This document shows positions 42,531-58,235 of a stretch of 64,000 nt of DNA, one piece after another. The notes below the pieces were generated by a model, which had not been told where the DNA came from, ran no database searches, and saw nothing but the letters and a program-made list of their open reading frames with translations. The first letter of the stretch is position 1. Each line of letters opens with the position of its first letter. This DNA comes from Octopus vulgaris (taxonomy: Eukaryota). Location: NCBI GenBank assembly GCA_951406725.2, contig OX597827.1, positions 41,850,001-41,914,000 of the forward strand, in the 5' to 3' direction. The translations under genes and the position numbers were made by a program.

Positions 42531-42648
42531 CTATTCATTTCTCTCTCTTACTCTCTCTCCCCTTCTGTCAATATATCCGCGTGCATACATACCTAAGTAA
42601 ACATATACATACACACCACATACATACACACATACACGCACACACATG

Positions 42649-42693
<45 letters not shown>

Positions 42694-43323
42694 GTATATA
42701 CATAAATACATGCATGCATATATACATGCATACACACATGCATATATACATGCGTGCATACATACACAAACATTTATATATATATACATATATATACACA
42801 TATATATATATTTATACATACGGTTAACAAAATCTGTGAACATTAACATAACCATGTGACCAAGCTACACTCATACAAGCAGCCCCACGAGTAAATACAT
42901 AAATAAACAAACCAATAAATAAATAAATAAATATAACATCACTTTGCAAGTAATTCCGGGACCAGATATTAATATAGTAAATGATTTAATCTAATTAATC
43001 TCACATTAATGAGATTAAGAGAAATCTCTGTCTTGATCCTGTTCCAGTTAGACCCATCTCAACTGAACCTAAAAAGAATGTAAAGAAAATATATAAAATG
43101 TTATTGGATTTTACTGAGCGATATTAAAAAAATATGGCAGCTAATATAAAATTAACAATATATGACTTAAGATAATTAAAATGTATAATAATGTATAATA
43201 TAAATAAAACGGAAGAGGTTATAGAAGTGAGGGAAATTAAAGAGCATATTTTATCTGTCTTTTAGTTGTTTCGTTTATTGGACTACGGCTATGCTGGAGG
43301 CATTAGGTTGAAGGGTTTAATCC

Positions 43324-43845
43324 CAATGGTTCTCAACCATTTTCTTCCTGCGAAGTCCTTCGATTCCTATTTTACTCGGGTGGACCGCCATAGCTACATG
43401 ATGTCAAAAAGAAATCTTACTATGAAATATAGCGTTTCTTGAGTGGCGCAACAATGTAGAGTGGACTATAATAGATGTTATAATTTAATTGTTCGTAGTC
43501 TGGTATATTTCGGAATATAAAAATTCCTTCTTCAGATATCGCTATATCTGCAATAATCGGTTTTCCAACGGCTACTGAAATTTTTATCTTCGGAAGCGTC
43601 TCTGCAGTGGTCTCACGAAGCTCCTTTAGAATACATGAGCATGGTATATTTTTAGAATTAAATAGTATTAGAAATTGCTTTAAAGTTTGTAAAAAATATT
43701 TGGCATATTGGAGATGTAAAAGCAATCTATTTTGCACATAAATTTTAAGGAAAGAAAATTTTATAGGGATCTCCAAGGGTGATATGGACCCCTAAGGGGG
43801 ATATGAATACCTAAGAGTCATATTGAGCCAGGTTGAGAACCGCTG
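43324..43845. mobile_element. Non-autonomous hAT (Charlie-like) element nested in an old family A SINE (43262-43995, minus)
   Basis: TIRs CAATGGTTCTCAACC / GGTTGAGAACCGCTG; SINE sequence resumes on both sides; decayed possible 8-bp TSD. Confidence 0.7.
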
Positions 43846-44171
43846 GTTGAGTGGAACGAATCGCTTTAAGTTCTTATGTGTTTCATTGTTTGTTTTTTTT
43901 TTCATCCCTATAGTCTAGTGTTTATTCAAACGAGTATCTTTTGCCGAACTGCTAAGTTGCCGCAACGTAAACAAACACAACTTCGTTGTCAAGTGGAGAG
44001 GGTCGTGATAGACAAATACAAAGACACATACACACACACGTGCGCGCTTTTATATATATATATATATATATATATCAATGTGTATATGTCTGTGTGTATT
44101 TATATGCATGCATGTTTTATGTATGTATGTATATATGTAGGTATGTATATATATATATATATATACACCCC

Positions 44172-44209
<38 letters not shown>

Positions 44210-44218
<9 letters not shown>

Positions 44219-44675
44219 TTTTCTTCTCCTTTTCTCTCCTTTTTGTTTTTTGTTTTTTCTTCTCTTCACGACTTTTGAATTTTTTTGAACTTTTATACTC
44301 TGTACGTCATTATTCTGCCTTTCTCTCTCCTTTTCTTCTTTTTTCTTTTTTTCTTCTTTTTTCTCCCTTTTCCAGCATGCCCGATTACAAATATTTTCTT
44401 CTCCACTTTCACTATCGCCTAAAGAAACACTTTTCCATGTTTCCTTTCAGCTTCTTTCAACCAAAACCATTTTTTCCAACAGCATGCTTGATCACTAAAT
44501 CTACAAGTTTTTTTTTCATTTTCTCTCTCTGTTTATTTTCTCTTATTCCTTTCGTTTGAAGAGCGTAGGCTCGAAACTTAAAAGATTTTTTCATTTTACC
44601 GAGCGTCAAACTAAAACACTTGCTTGTTGTTCCTACACCTGTCTTCGTCTTCTGTTTTTCTGTAAATTTCAACTA
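44210..44675 (+). mobile_element. Putative Penelope-like terminal fragment with decayed HHR-like motif (44549-44584)
   Basis: CTTT-CGTTTGA-A-GAGC-GTAG-GCTC-GAAA-CTTA-AAAG: helices I and II pair, core mutated. Confidence 0.45.
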
Positions 44676-44825
44676 TATATATATATATAAATTGATATAA
44701 TCATTAAAAGGATTATTTCACTGGCTAGCGTATAGAAACTACCATATCCATAAAATTAATTTTTAAGTATACAATTATAAAAATATTCTTATAAATAAGG
44801 GCGCTGGAGGGCTAACGCCAATACG

Positions 44826-44939
<114 letters not shown>

Positions 44940-46149
44940 CTATCTATCTATCTATCTATCTATCTATCATCTATCTATATATATATCTGTCTGTTTGTCT
45001 GTCTGTCTGTCTCTCTCTCTATATATGTATATATATATATATATATCAGACGCACTTCCAAACAGTTCCTGTGCATCAAGTTCACTCTCAATGCACAGGG
45101 TGGCCCGTGTTATAGTAGAAGCCACGTGACCAATGTATAGCGCAGTGGGACCGAGACCATATGGTTTGCAAAGCAGATTTCTTAACCACACAACCATACA
45201 TCGTGACGAAAGAAAACCCAAACAGGGATCACAAAATTCCATTTTGTAAATGAAAACTGTGCTAAGTAGAGCCTACTTCCTGCATATGACACATTCCATG
45301 CTACAGTACGACCCAAATAGAATGTTCTTTGTATGTAACACACTCTTTGCAATTACTACGTATCCTGAGCTCCGCGACCTCTTTTCACTTGTGATACACT
45401 TATATTCTTTTCATAATTCAGCGACACATCGGAACTAAAATTATATCTAAAAGTATAGGGGAAAAAAATTATATTCAGGCTACACTGCGGCACTCCTAGC
45501 ATCGTCTCTGGGTACACCAGTGCTGCGGCATACCGGTTACGGAGCACTGCCCTAGAATATTGAATAGAATATCTTGCAGATATTTGCGCTGAAGTTTTGA
45601 GTGCAAATCTAGAGTGGGGCCAACTTTGTCTTTCATTCTTCAGAGACAGATTTTTTTTAACGACTAATTCAGAGCGTTTTATTGGTGGAATAGTTCAAGC
45701 AATATTGATTTACAGAAATATTATATGGATTTTTAATCATTGAATAGCGACGAGGGTCCATCTGCTTAAAATAGGAATCAAAAGGTTTGGTGGTAGTGTG
45801 TGTGTGTGTGTGGGGGGGCAAGGGTAAGAAATGGTTGAGAATGTCTGGTCTATATAACTGTCGTCAGTTACTATAAGCCATAGCGTCAACCGACTCAGTA
45901 CATTCGAAATACTAACACCACATAACAAAATACCACGTCTCATATTGTACCTACTCTGCACGAGAGATAAAGTAATAAAACAAGAACAATAGCAACAACA
46001 ACAACAAGAACAAACGAGATTTCACGATGATGGAAAGTGATATTGAATGCTGCAAGAACAATTCAATCTCGCTATGATACAATGCTTGCCCACACACACA
46101 CACATCAGGAAGTCGGAAATGCACCAAATGAGATGGTGCAAGAAAAACA

Positions 46150-47040
46150 CGATGAAAGCACGATGATGACGATGATGACGACGAGGGAGATGATGATGGT
46201 GGTGATGATGGTGGTGATGATGATGATGATGATGGTGATGATGATAGTGATGATGATGACTTTGTTGGTGGTGATGCTGACGACAATAATAACAGTAGCA
46301 TAAATAATAATAATAATGATGACGACGATGAAGACGACCATGATGGTGATAATGATAAAGAGATGGTGCCACTGCTGCTGAGACGACAACGATAACGATG
46401 ACAATGATGATGATGATGATGATGATGCCGATGATGAAGGAGGAGGAGAAGAAGAAGAAGAAGAAGAAGAAGAAGAAGAAGAAAAGGAAGTGGAAGAAGA
46501 GGAAGGAGAAGAACAAGAAGAAGGAGAAGAAGAAGAAGAAGAAGAAGAAGAAGAGGAAGAATAATAATAAGAAGACGGTCGAGATGATGATGAGGATAAT
46601 AATGATGACGGTGACGACGACGATGATTCGGATGATGATGGCATTGTTGACGATTATGATGATAATTATAATAATGATGACTATGATGATGATGTCGATG
46701 ATGATATTGATGATGTCGATGATGATAATCCTGTACTGGACTTTCATGATTAAAACGATGTCGGATCTGATGGTTTTATTTAGAAGAGGCGGATTATGAT
46801 GATTAGAAAGAGAAAGTTGTTGAAAATATCAGTAACTGCGAGGATGATGGAGAAAATTATGATGACGATGGTGATGATGATGATGATATGATGATGATGA
46901 CGATGATGATGACGACGACGACTGTGTTCATGATGGTGATGTTTTTTTTCATGTTGATGATGATAATGACGATAATGATGATAGTGAAAACGTTGACAAT
47001 CATGGTATGATAATTAGTGATGACAATGAGGAAGAAGATT
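46150..47040. repeat. Compound (GAT)n/(GAA)n tract
   Basis: Direct inspection. Confidence 0.9.
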
Positions 47041-47142
47041 TCTTTAAACACATACACAAAATGAAATTGTATTTTTAGAAAGTCACGTATTCTGTTAGTT
47101 TTATAGTTTTACAGCGAAACTCACAAATGCAAATATATATGC

Positions 47143-47181
<39 letters not shown>

Positions 47182-47247
47182 ATATATATATGTATATATA
47201 CATACATATATATATATATATGTGTGTGTATATGGATATATATATAC

Positions 47248-47292
<45 letters not shown>

Positions 47293-47403
47293 TATATATG
47301 TGTGTGTGTATATGTACATACAAATATGCATATGTATATATATACATACACATATGTATATATGTGTATGTACATATATTATGTATGTATATGTATATAT
47401 GTA

Positions 47404-47492
<89 letters not shown>

Positions 47493-47569
47493 TTATGCAT
47501 GCATGTATGCATTTATAAATATACATACACATACAGGCAAACATACATATATACATACACATATACATG

Positions 47570-47637
<68 letters not shown>

Positions 47638-47977
47638 AATAGTCACAATCAAGGAATAAAAAAATTGTGCAAAGACAAAAAAGCAAAGAAAACACCAAAT
47701 CAACCTACCAATTAAAACAATAACAAAACAAAACAAAACAAACTGATTATATCAATTTTTTTTTTCTTTTCTGTGCGTGAAATTCGATACTTTGTAAACC
47801 AACAATCAAATATGGACGAATAGACTTGGTAATTGAGAACGTGATTTCCTGAACGCGATTTCCTGGTATTAATCCATATACACACAACTAATTTACGTAC
47901 ATACGTGCATAAAAACAGATATATATATATATGTATAGACATACAAGCATGCAAACATATATGCCTGTAAAGGAGGC

Positions 47978-48012
<35 letters not shown>

Positions 48013-48374
48013 AACCTATATATATATACATATATTTACGTATATATGTATGTAAATATATATGTATATATATATATATATATACATGTATGTAAATATA
48101 TATATATATACATCTATATCTATATATATACATATACACACACATAGATAGATACATGTATATATATATGTGTGTGTGTATGTGTGTGTTTATGCGTATA
48201 TACATACATATATATATATGTATATACATATACATATATTAATATTTATACATATATATGCATACACACACACATATATATTTATATATACATACATACA
48301 TATATATATATATACATATATAAATATACATATACACATGTATATATACATATATATGCATGTATTTATATATA

Positions 48375-48439
<65 letters not shown>

Positions 48440-48821
48440 GCTTCTGGTGTCTGTGTGTTTGTATGCCTGACTGATTACGTGTATTGCGCTGCCATATGTG
48501 TGTCCGTGTGTGAATAAACACAGAAAGACGCACAGACATACACGTATACAAGCGCACGCAAAAACACTACCAAAAGTCGTACAGTAGTAATAGACTGACA
48601 AAAATGTGACGTTTGAACGTTTTACTCTTCAATTATGCTTATATCGCTCGTAAATGACTCCTGTTTCCGTTATATACACACATACGTAATGCATATACGC
48701 ATACATACATAATACATACATATATACATACATACATATATACATACATACATTCATCCTACATACATACGTATATACGTACTTATATATACATATATAC
48801 ATGCATATATATATGTGTGTG

Positions 48822-48887
<66 letters not shown>

Positions 48888-49474
48888 CATTAATATTTAT
48901 ATTTTTATATATACACACACAAACATGCATTTTGTTACTCGGTGTTAGATTTCTTATACTAAACGAAATATGATGATTGAAGCGTCCTAGATTCAGTTAC
49001 AAGATAATATAGAATGAAAAAACTAGGGCATAAAATAATTATACGACACAGCTTGATTATTACGATCAACTGAAAAAGTTCAGATTCTGTCCTCTCCAAC
49101 GCTGCTAAGATCGCTACATTACTTGCACAATGTAGAAATTATTTCAGCAGCATCGTTTCAAATATGGAAGCAAGAAATTACTTGTCGTTAGACGAGGTTA
49201 AAACGGAGAGAGTAAATTCAATGTATTTCGCTTTTCTTGGGCTGCTTCCAGAAGTAAGTATGTTGCCTCATGTACCACCGCCACTCATGGATATGTCACA
49301 AAGGAAAGACAAGCCCAATACCTTTGCAGAATCTATGGAGCCGCAGGTGACGCCTGATATTGGTTAAGTACAATTGCACATTAGTGTCCCTCTCTTCGGA
49401 TTTTCTGTAGGGGTTTAGTCCCTTATCCCACTTTTTATCGCTGAAGAAATTACTCCACAAAGCAGAAGAGGTTT

Positions 49475-49706
49475 GCGGCGAGCTGACAGAAACGCTAGCA
49501 CGCCGGACGAAATGCTTAGCAGTATTTCGTCTGCCGCTACGTTCTGAGTTCAAATTCCGCCGAGGTCGACTTTGCCTTTCGTCCTTTCGGGGTCGATTAA
49601 ATAAGTACTAGTTACGCACTGGGGTTGATATAATCGACTTAATCCATTTGTCTGTCCTTGTTTGTCCCCTCTGTGTTTAGCCCCTTGTGGGCAGTAAAGA
49701 AATAGG
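49475..49706 (+). mobile_element. SINE family C monomer
   Basis: Close match to 5081-5310. Confidence 0.85.
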
Positions 49707-50244
49707 TTATGAGTTTTGAGGACAAAGTCCAATTCTCTCATTCTTCCAACTTGTATTTGTCTGGAACAACAAATGCTACGAGCTCTGGATGCAGAATTTG
49801 AATGGAATTACCTTTTCTTAGATAAGCAGCTAGAGTTGAAGGAACTCATATGCCTTGGTTTCGTGACCTTCCAATAGCAACTCCATACCATGCTAATTAA
49901 CTCCTAGCTTGGACAGTGACACGTGTTAATAATTCGGATTAGTGCTAACACCTGGAAACAATAATGGCTAAGAAGTGGTTCTATATTTCTCAAACCTCTG
50001 GAACATCTGACTCAGTTCCGTTCATCCGGATGCAGTTTAAAATCATACCAAGGACTTTATACACCTGAAGATATCTCCTATAGATCTGATGTTATCTACA
50101 ACATCCAAGGGATTGTCAAAGCTGATACATTTTGTCATCAGTCGCGTCGGACGCATTGCCGCCGAAACGCAAAGAACCGGAACTGACAATGCAAGACATC
50201 CTGTCCCATGTTATCAGACTTCAACCAATCAAATGTCCAAGTTT

Positions 50245-50546
50245 GACGTATTTTTTATCGACCCCGGAAAGAAGAAAGGCACCATTGACCTCAGCGGGAT
50301 TTGAAACCAGAACTTAGCCAGCGGTTCAAATAATGGTTTCAAAGTTTGGCACAAGGCCTCCAATTTCAATCGAGGGGTCAAGTCGATTACAATGACATCA
50401 GTGCTTAACTGGTACTTATTTTATCGACCCCAAAATGATGAAAGGCAAAGTCGAACTCGGTGGCATTTGTATTCAGAACGAGAAGATGGACGAGATGTTA
50501 TTAAACATTTTTCCCAGCGCGCTAACGATTCTGATAGCTTGCCGCC
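50245..50546 (-). mobile_element. Degenerate SINE family C pieces
   Basis: TTTATCGACCCC..GATGAAAGGCAAAGTCGA..GCTAACGATTCTG. Confidence 0.7.
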
Positions 50547-50547
50547 A

Positions 50548-50908
50548 GTGAAAACCTCAATATAATGTAAATATAATAGACCTGACATAGTAATTTGGGA
50601 TAGAGAAGAGACTGTGTACAGTTGTGGAATTCAGTTTCCCAGCGGATGTTAATAAAGCTAAAGATCGACGAAAAAAATACCTGTGTTGAACTCTTGACGA
50701 ATCTACAGCTACTCTATCCAGATTACAAGTTCATGTTTATACCTGTAATTATTGGGGCACTGGGATATGTAAAACATTTCCTAAATACCAATCTTGAGAA
50801 ATTGGCTTCTCAAAAGGAGTAGGGAGAAAGCTAATTTGAAGACTACAGATCTAAGCCTTCACTGGAACTGTAAAAATCTGTAAAACTTTCTAGAAGTTTA
50901 TCATTTAA
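50548..50908 (+). pseudogene. RLE-type LINE C-terminal fragment (R4/Dong-like)
   Basis: YNRPDIVIWDREE / CTVVEFSFPADVN / LQLLYPDYKFMFIPVIIGALGYV / TGTVKICKTF with frameshifts. Confidence 0.8.
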
Positions 50909-51274
50909 GTATATATGCGTATGTATAGATATGCAATTATATGCTTGAGAATACATACATAAAACAAAATATACAAATCTGCACAAACCCATACATACAT
51001 ACATACATACATACATACATACATACATACATACATACATACATACATACATACATACATGCATACATACATGCATACATACATGCATACATACATACAT
51101 GCACAATGCATACACATATATATTATATATATCGCAGCCGCATGGGTGAAAAAAATTAAAGAATAAAAGTATATAATTTAATATTATATATTATGTTATA
51201 ATATAATATAATTTATTATAGGAGAGTATTGTAGTGACATCCTGTTATTTTATCCTGCTAGCGTGCTAATAACG

Positions 51275-51373
<99 letters not shown>

Positions 51374-51459
51374 TTTGTGTGTGTGTATAACCGTAGGTAA
51401 TTATACACTAAATAAGAAAAGCCGTTGGAAAACTGATTATAGCAGCGACTCTATCTAAG

Positions 51460-51503
51460 AATATCTGAAGAAGGAATATTATTCCGAAATATCATATCAG
51501 ACT
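51460..51503 (+). ncRNA. Minimal hammerhead ribozyme-like motif with intact core
   Basis: CTGAAGA-A-GGAAT-ATT-ATTCC-GAAA-TATCATA-TC; helix II perfect, helix III near-palindromic, helix I weak. Confidence 0.55.
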
Positions 51504-52459
51504 ATGGATGACTAAATTACAACAGATATACAACCAATTGTCTGTATCATAGTGCATTGTTGTACGATTCAAAACTTTTTATTCTGTACAATATATTATA
51601 GTATAATAGGATATAATATATTATATTACATATATGTGTATGTGTGTGTGTATGAATGAGCGGCAGACTTTCCAAAAGAGAAAAAAAGTATTACTACTAT
51701 ATGTATATCAACTAATTTTCTACAATTGTCTGTTTAGCACAAGGTCATCCCTGACTGAGTAGATCTACGATGATGGACGTCTCAGTCGCGACCATCACGT
51801 CAGATTGTCAGATTACATATCAGTTTACTTATTTCATAATGTTTCTTTACTTATTTCAAAAGCTGTAATGTTTGATTTGAGAAAGATTTCGCTACTGTTT
51901 ATAGCAGGACGAGCGACCTCGAATATATGCGCCATGGCTAAGCCACAACGAACGACTTAGAAAAGGCTTACTGCTGTTTAGCATCCGTTTGTGATGGCGT
52001 CAATTACCACCGTAAGTATTAATTAGCGCCGTGCCTGTGCGAAGACCACAAATTACAAGGAATGCAGCTTTTAACATTTGCCAGCGTATCCTTGTAGATC
52101 GATAATTACAGCTAAGATTGGGAATCTCTAATCAAACGATGGTCATAGAAGTGATGGGTTTTGTAAGTGGTAGTTTCGTAAAATTCTCCTTGCATGTATG
52201 TATGTATGTATGTTTGTATGTATGTATGTTTGTATGTATGTATGTTGTGCGTATGTATGTACGTATTTATGTATATATGTATGTACGTATATTTGTGTGT
52301 GTATATATGTGTGAATGCACGTTTATATGTATGTATGTGTATGTATGGTGTATGTATGTACTTATATATGACTATATGGACGTATGTACGTACATGTTTG
52401 TGTATGCATATGTGTGTATGTATGCAAGTTTATGTGTATATACGTATATGTATATAGAC

Positions 52460-52492
<33 letters not shown>

Positions 52493-54119
52493 TGTATGTA
52501 TGTATGTATGTATATGTATGTGATTGGGTATGAGTATGCATGCATGTATATATATATGCAAGTGTATATGCATGTGTATGTATGTGTGTATGTCTATGTA
52601 CATGTATATGTGTGAATAGGCGTAGGCGTGAATGTGTGTATGTATGGAGGTATATATGGATGTATATATGTACGTACGTGCCTATGCATGTATCTGAATG
52701 CATGTTTATATGCATGTTTTTATGTATGTACATATGTATAAACCCATGATTGTATGCATGCATGTATGAATGTAGGTATCTGTATGTATATAGCATTCTA
52801 TATATCTGACTTGACATGGATACACACTTGTGAAATTTGACTTGACAATGCATTCCTTATAAACGCAAAATTTTAAAAAGCTCATAAAAATATCACTAAT
52901 ACACGAAAATCGCCCAGCAGTAACGGTAGAATTGATGAAACCGGATTTCTAAGTCATTGCACGTCATCAGTAGCAGGCATCCACTAGCAGCCACACGCTC
53001 AGACAAATTTAGCCTCTATTGAACCTAACCTAGTGATGAGTGTTGCTCGAAACCCAGCAGGACTAAAAACAAGACTTGTCAAAAAGACAGAAGGACCTAG
53101 TGTAGGTCCAACGACTATCTAGCAATAACACGGGCCTTCAGAAATTTCGGGTTGGGTTCCGGGGAGATGGAAGGCCACTGGGATTAAGGCTGCCTTCAGC
53201 TTATATTAAAACATGTGTCTGGTGAAGGTCACTCTGATATTAAACTGGATATGCAGGGAATGGCATTGAATATTTAAGGGATCTTTTGCTTGCGACCGAG
53301 ATCATGCGCTCCTACATCCCCAAGCCTGCAACCCATACTGGCACCAGTTGTCTGGCCTCGGCTTATCTCTGGGTCATAATCAATAGGTGAACCTAACATT
53401 TTGCAGGCATAGCTGGCATTTTGCAAGGGAATTGCTGTTTGTGTGCACAATGTTCTTACTGGTAGGTAATGGTCTTCCTCGGTCACGAATGGACAGCCAT
53501 AATGTATGTTAATATGCATACATGTATATTTGTTTCATAATTGTCTGTTTATGTAGAAGCTCACCAATGTAAAGCTCAATGTTCTGCTTATATATAGTTC
53601 TGAGCTATGTTTTGAATACCTTGTAACCTTCACTCATATCTATGCATTCCTAAACCTCGATAGATTTTTCGTGTAAAGGTGATATCTATGTGATATCTAT
53701 ATCTTTGTGGTGTAGTCGCTATTAAAAAGTCAAAATTTGATAGAAGAAAAATGGCTGCCATACATACGTAAATGGCAGTCATTTTGCTCATATTTGATAT
53801 AATATATATAATATTATATATTACATATGCAACAAAGAGATTTTCAAATGTGAGTTGAAGTAGTACAGTGTTACATTACTCACAGGCATTAAACTAATGA
53901 TGCAACATAGTGTATGAAAATCTATGGTTAATTTGAAACATCTTACTCATTTAAATAGATATTTCTTCTACAATTCGAAATTGGATCTTGATGTTACATC
54001 CGCCCCCACACGCACACACACACATATATATGCACGCTCACACATACACTCACACGTACACACACAAACACACAACCATAATGCATGCTAAAGAATACAT
54101 ATATATATTTTATATATGT

Positions 54120-54198
<79 letters not shown>

Positions 54199-54478
54199 TT
54201 TGATAAATTCATACATGTCAACGCATATATATATATTCATGTAAATATCTATCTATCAATCTATCTATCTACATCTACCTTTATAGACAGATAGGTATAT
54301 ACACAGATAAATAAATATGTAGATAGATAGATGGATAGATAGAGACATATATACTTACTCTGATGCTGAAATATAAGACAGAGTATACTTTTTTTGTCAA
54401 TATGTAATTTTAGCCACGCTCTGAAATTGTATGTTTATCAAAATAGATATATATTATATTTCATTTTATATACTATAT

Positions 54479-54524
<46 letters not shown>

Positions 54525-54586
54525 CACGTGTATAGACATAAGTATATGAATATATATGTACATATATAAATATAAAAATTTCTATA

Positions 54587-54629
<43 letters not shown>

Positions 54630-54869
54630 CACATACATACACACGCATGTACACAAATACACATATGCACAAATGTACAAATAAAATCATTTATAGGTTG
54701 CTATTTCTTTTTTTAAATATCATCTGATAAATAAGTATAGCTGCTATATTATAAATTGACATGCATTACATAGAATTTTAATAATGCTAGCATATATACA
54801 TATCTACACACACACACAGACTCCCCCATATAAATACATAAATAAATAAATAAATATATAAATAAGTGA

Positions 54870-54900
<31 letters not shown>

Positions 54901-55681
54901 CGCACACAAATACTTATACATAGAAACATATGTATTTACTCAAATATATCGTTCTATGCGTCTATGTTTGAGCAACATTTTTCAGTAAGGTAACTACATG
55001 CATATACACAACAAAAGCATTTTCGCGAACATTCTGCCAATTACATGCTATTGTACCATATATTCCTCTCGCCTTCATGGTGATCAGTTTTGCATATATT
55101 TCTTTCACTTATTACGGGTTAGGCTTACATTAACTGCAGAACAGAATATGTCTTCGCAATGTGTTTATGCAGGTAAAGCCGAACGTGTGTGTTTGTGTGT
55201 GTATGAATTTCATTTGTGTAATTTCGTTCTCGTATTGCATATGCTGCTAAATAAGTAGGCAAGAAATTAAATGTTGTGTCATTTCACTGCATTTAGTATG
55301 CGATTGCCCATGTGTAAGTAAACAAATTTCACACATTCAAACTTGCACAGAGACATACATCTGTAATATATCTACGTGCCTATGTGTTCATCTCCATTTT
55401 GCAGCCTCTTTCTCTCTCTCTCTCTCTCTCTGCTTCTTTCGTCATATATATACGCGTACACTTACAGGCTTACATTACTCTACATATGTATACGCGTGTG
55501 CACGTGTACAATGTGTGTACGTATATAATGTTATATAAATGCATACATATACAGATATATACATGCATGCGAACATACACACATATGCGCACATACAGAT
55601 GTATACGTATAAAAATGATTCGTGTGTACGCATAGATATATGAATATACAGTTATGCACATATGTACGTAGGTTTGGTTGT

Positions 55682-55732
<51 letters not shown>

Positions 55733-55761
55733 TACATATACATATATATATGCACATATAC

Positions 55762-55798
<37 letters not shown>

Positions 55799-55979
55799 TA
55801 CATATATATGTATATGCACATATACATATATATATATACATATATATATTTATGCACATACGTATACGTATATATATGCACATATACATATACATATATA
55901 TACACACACACACATATATATATATACACATACATATACATATATTTATGCACATATGCATATACATATACATATATAC

Positions 55980-56013
<34 letters not shown>

Positions 56014-56037
56014 GCATAAACATTCATACACAAACAC

Positions 56038-56082
<45 letters not shown>

Positions 56083-56488
56083 CACATATAGTTTGTGTAC
56101 AGTTAAGCTCACAATATGCTAATAAATTTTGCTAATACCCAAACTAGAATTATATTTGCGCACATATATTTACTTTTTGCTAAATATTTTAGTTCGAGAA
56201 AAATGTGAGAGTAGCCTCATGATTTTTCTCATATAAAAATTGTGTTTGCTTACTTAAAATAGAACGAAACTTAATAAAGCAAAGTGTATTGATATGAGGA
56301 ACAACGCAACGGCAAAAATATAAAATTGGTTTCTACTCCATAGACATGTTCGATCTCTAATAAAGAGGGAAAAGGTGGTGATAGGCAGCAACATCATCGT
56401 CCAGTAAACTAGTTTACGGTTCAGAAAAAATGTTTATGTCTTTCATATCGACAAGTTGACACCAAGGGTATCCCATATTTAATGTAGA

Positions 56489-56830
56489 CTAGCACTATAG
56501 TGCTAGTGCATGCATATACAGCTACGTGCGTGCGCACATACACGCGAGTACTGTCCAAATCTCCGACCAATCACATACAGCTAGCTGGCATTCAATTGGG
56601 GTATCAAGTTCCGGGCATTTTGATTGGGTTTTGGATAGAAAATTCACAAAAACGTCCCTTCTATTGATTTTTTAATGGCTTTGCAGAGTGAGTGGGGAAA
56701 TGTAAAGAGGTGCACGACCACGCTTGGACGGTTTTAAATGACCATAGAAAGTGCGACCCCTCTAAGTGAAAAAATTGTGAATTTGTATAAAGGACACACA
56801 CACAGACATTTTGCCGTTTATATGTAGAGA
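56489..56830 (-). mobile_element. Non-autonomous Helitron-like element
   Basis: Minus strand begins TCTCTACATATAAA and ends CTAG, inserted between A and T with no TSD; terminal palindrome ACTAGCACTATAGTGCTAGT. Confidence 0.6.
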
Positions 56831-57035
56831 TGTCGTCTGTGCGAGTGCGTGTGTGCGTGTGAGTGTGTGAGTGTGTGTACATTGCGCGTGTGCGTGCGTC
56901 AGCATCGTTCTTGTGTGTGTATGTCTGTATATATCAGTAGCCTGCATTTGAATCTCTCCTTCTCTCTCTCACCCTCTTGCACACATTTTTATCATCTCAT
57001 TATCATTTCAGCGCAATAGATAGATAGGCAGTTAT

Positions 57036-57235
57036 CTGGCAAGAATCGTTAGCATGCCGAGCGAAATCATTAGTGGCATTTTGTGTTTCTTTACGTTCTG
57101 AGTTCAAATTCCGCCGCGGTCGATTTTACCTTTTAATCCTTTCGGGGGTCGATAAAACAAATAGCTGGGGTCGATGTAATCGACTTACCTCTGCTTTCAA
57201 AATTTCTGGTCTTGTACCAAAATGTGAAACCAGTA
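57036..57235 (+). mobile_element. Degenerate SINE family C
   Basis: CGTTCTGAGTTCAAATTCCGCCG..GGGGTCGATAA. Confidence 0.7.
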
Positions 57236-57322
57236 TAAAAGATAGACAGACAGATGGATAGATGCATGTTGTGTGTATGTGCCAGGAGCGTTCGTTTGAA
57301 GTTCTCTTTCTCATCAAGTCTC

Positions 57323-57375
<53 letters not shown>

Positions 57376-57787
57376 TTGTCTCCCTCTTTCACACTTGCTC
57401 TCTCTTCCCTCTCCTACACATTCATTTAGCATCCCCTTTCCACAACGTGGCAGATCAGAGTGACAGTTTTTTTACACCACAGGAATCTACTGTTAGTACA
57501 TTAATATAAAAGGTAGATAAGATAGCTTTGTTATGTAAATTCACTCGTCATGTTTTCTTTCTGTTTTCCTGGAAACAGAAATGTAATATTGAGTTTATTC
57601 CTTTTCTTCTGTTTTAAGATAGAATTGACCTTTAGTGTAAGAGAAAAAGTGACGATTAAAATTCGGTAACAGTCAGGTTTTTTCTAAAAGTATGTAAAAG
57701 ATTTCATCAGCTGTAGACAAGTTTCTGTTTTTATATATCTCCTCAGTTATAGTTTACCTTTTATCTTGCCTTTCATTTATTATTTTT

Positions 57788-58235
57788 TTACTTGTTTCAG
57801 TAATTGGATTGCGGCCATGCTTGAGCTTTACCTTGAAAGTTTAAGTCCAACAAAAACCTATTTTTAAAGTCTAGTGCTTATTCTATCGGGTTTCTTACGG
57901 AAACGTTAAGTTACGGAGATGTAAATAAGCCAACACCGGTTTTCAGATTGTGTGTGTGTGGGGCAACAAGATCAAACACGAATACGCGCACTCCCTTTGA
58001 TACACACATACACACACACGTACATACATATATACATACATACATACATACATACATACATACACATACATACATACACATGCATACATACACTCATGTA
58101 TATATATATATATACATGATGGCCTTCCACACAGTTTCCATTTACTAAGTTCATTCACAAATCATCAGATGGCGCAAGGTGCTGCGTAGTAAGACGGAAT
58201 CCGATACCACAAGAGCGATATCTTTAACCACATAG
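57788..58235 (-). mobile_element. Old SINE family A-related copy
   Basis: CTTGTTTCAGT..GCGGCCATGCT, TTATTCTATCGG, CACAGTTTCC. Confidence 0.6.

Noticed and set aside
53236-53252. GATATTAAACTG match to the U2 snRNA reverse complement
   Set aside because: Only about 12 nt; flanks do not extend; compatible with chance
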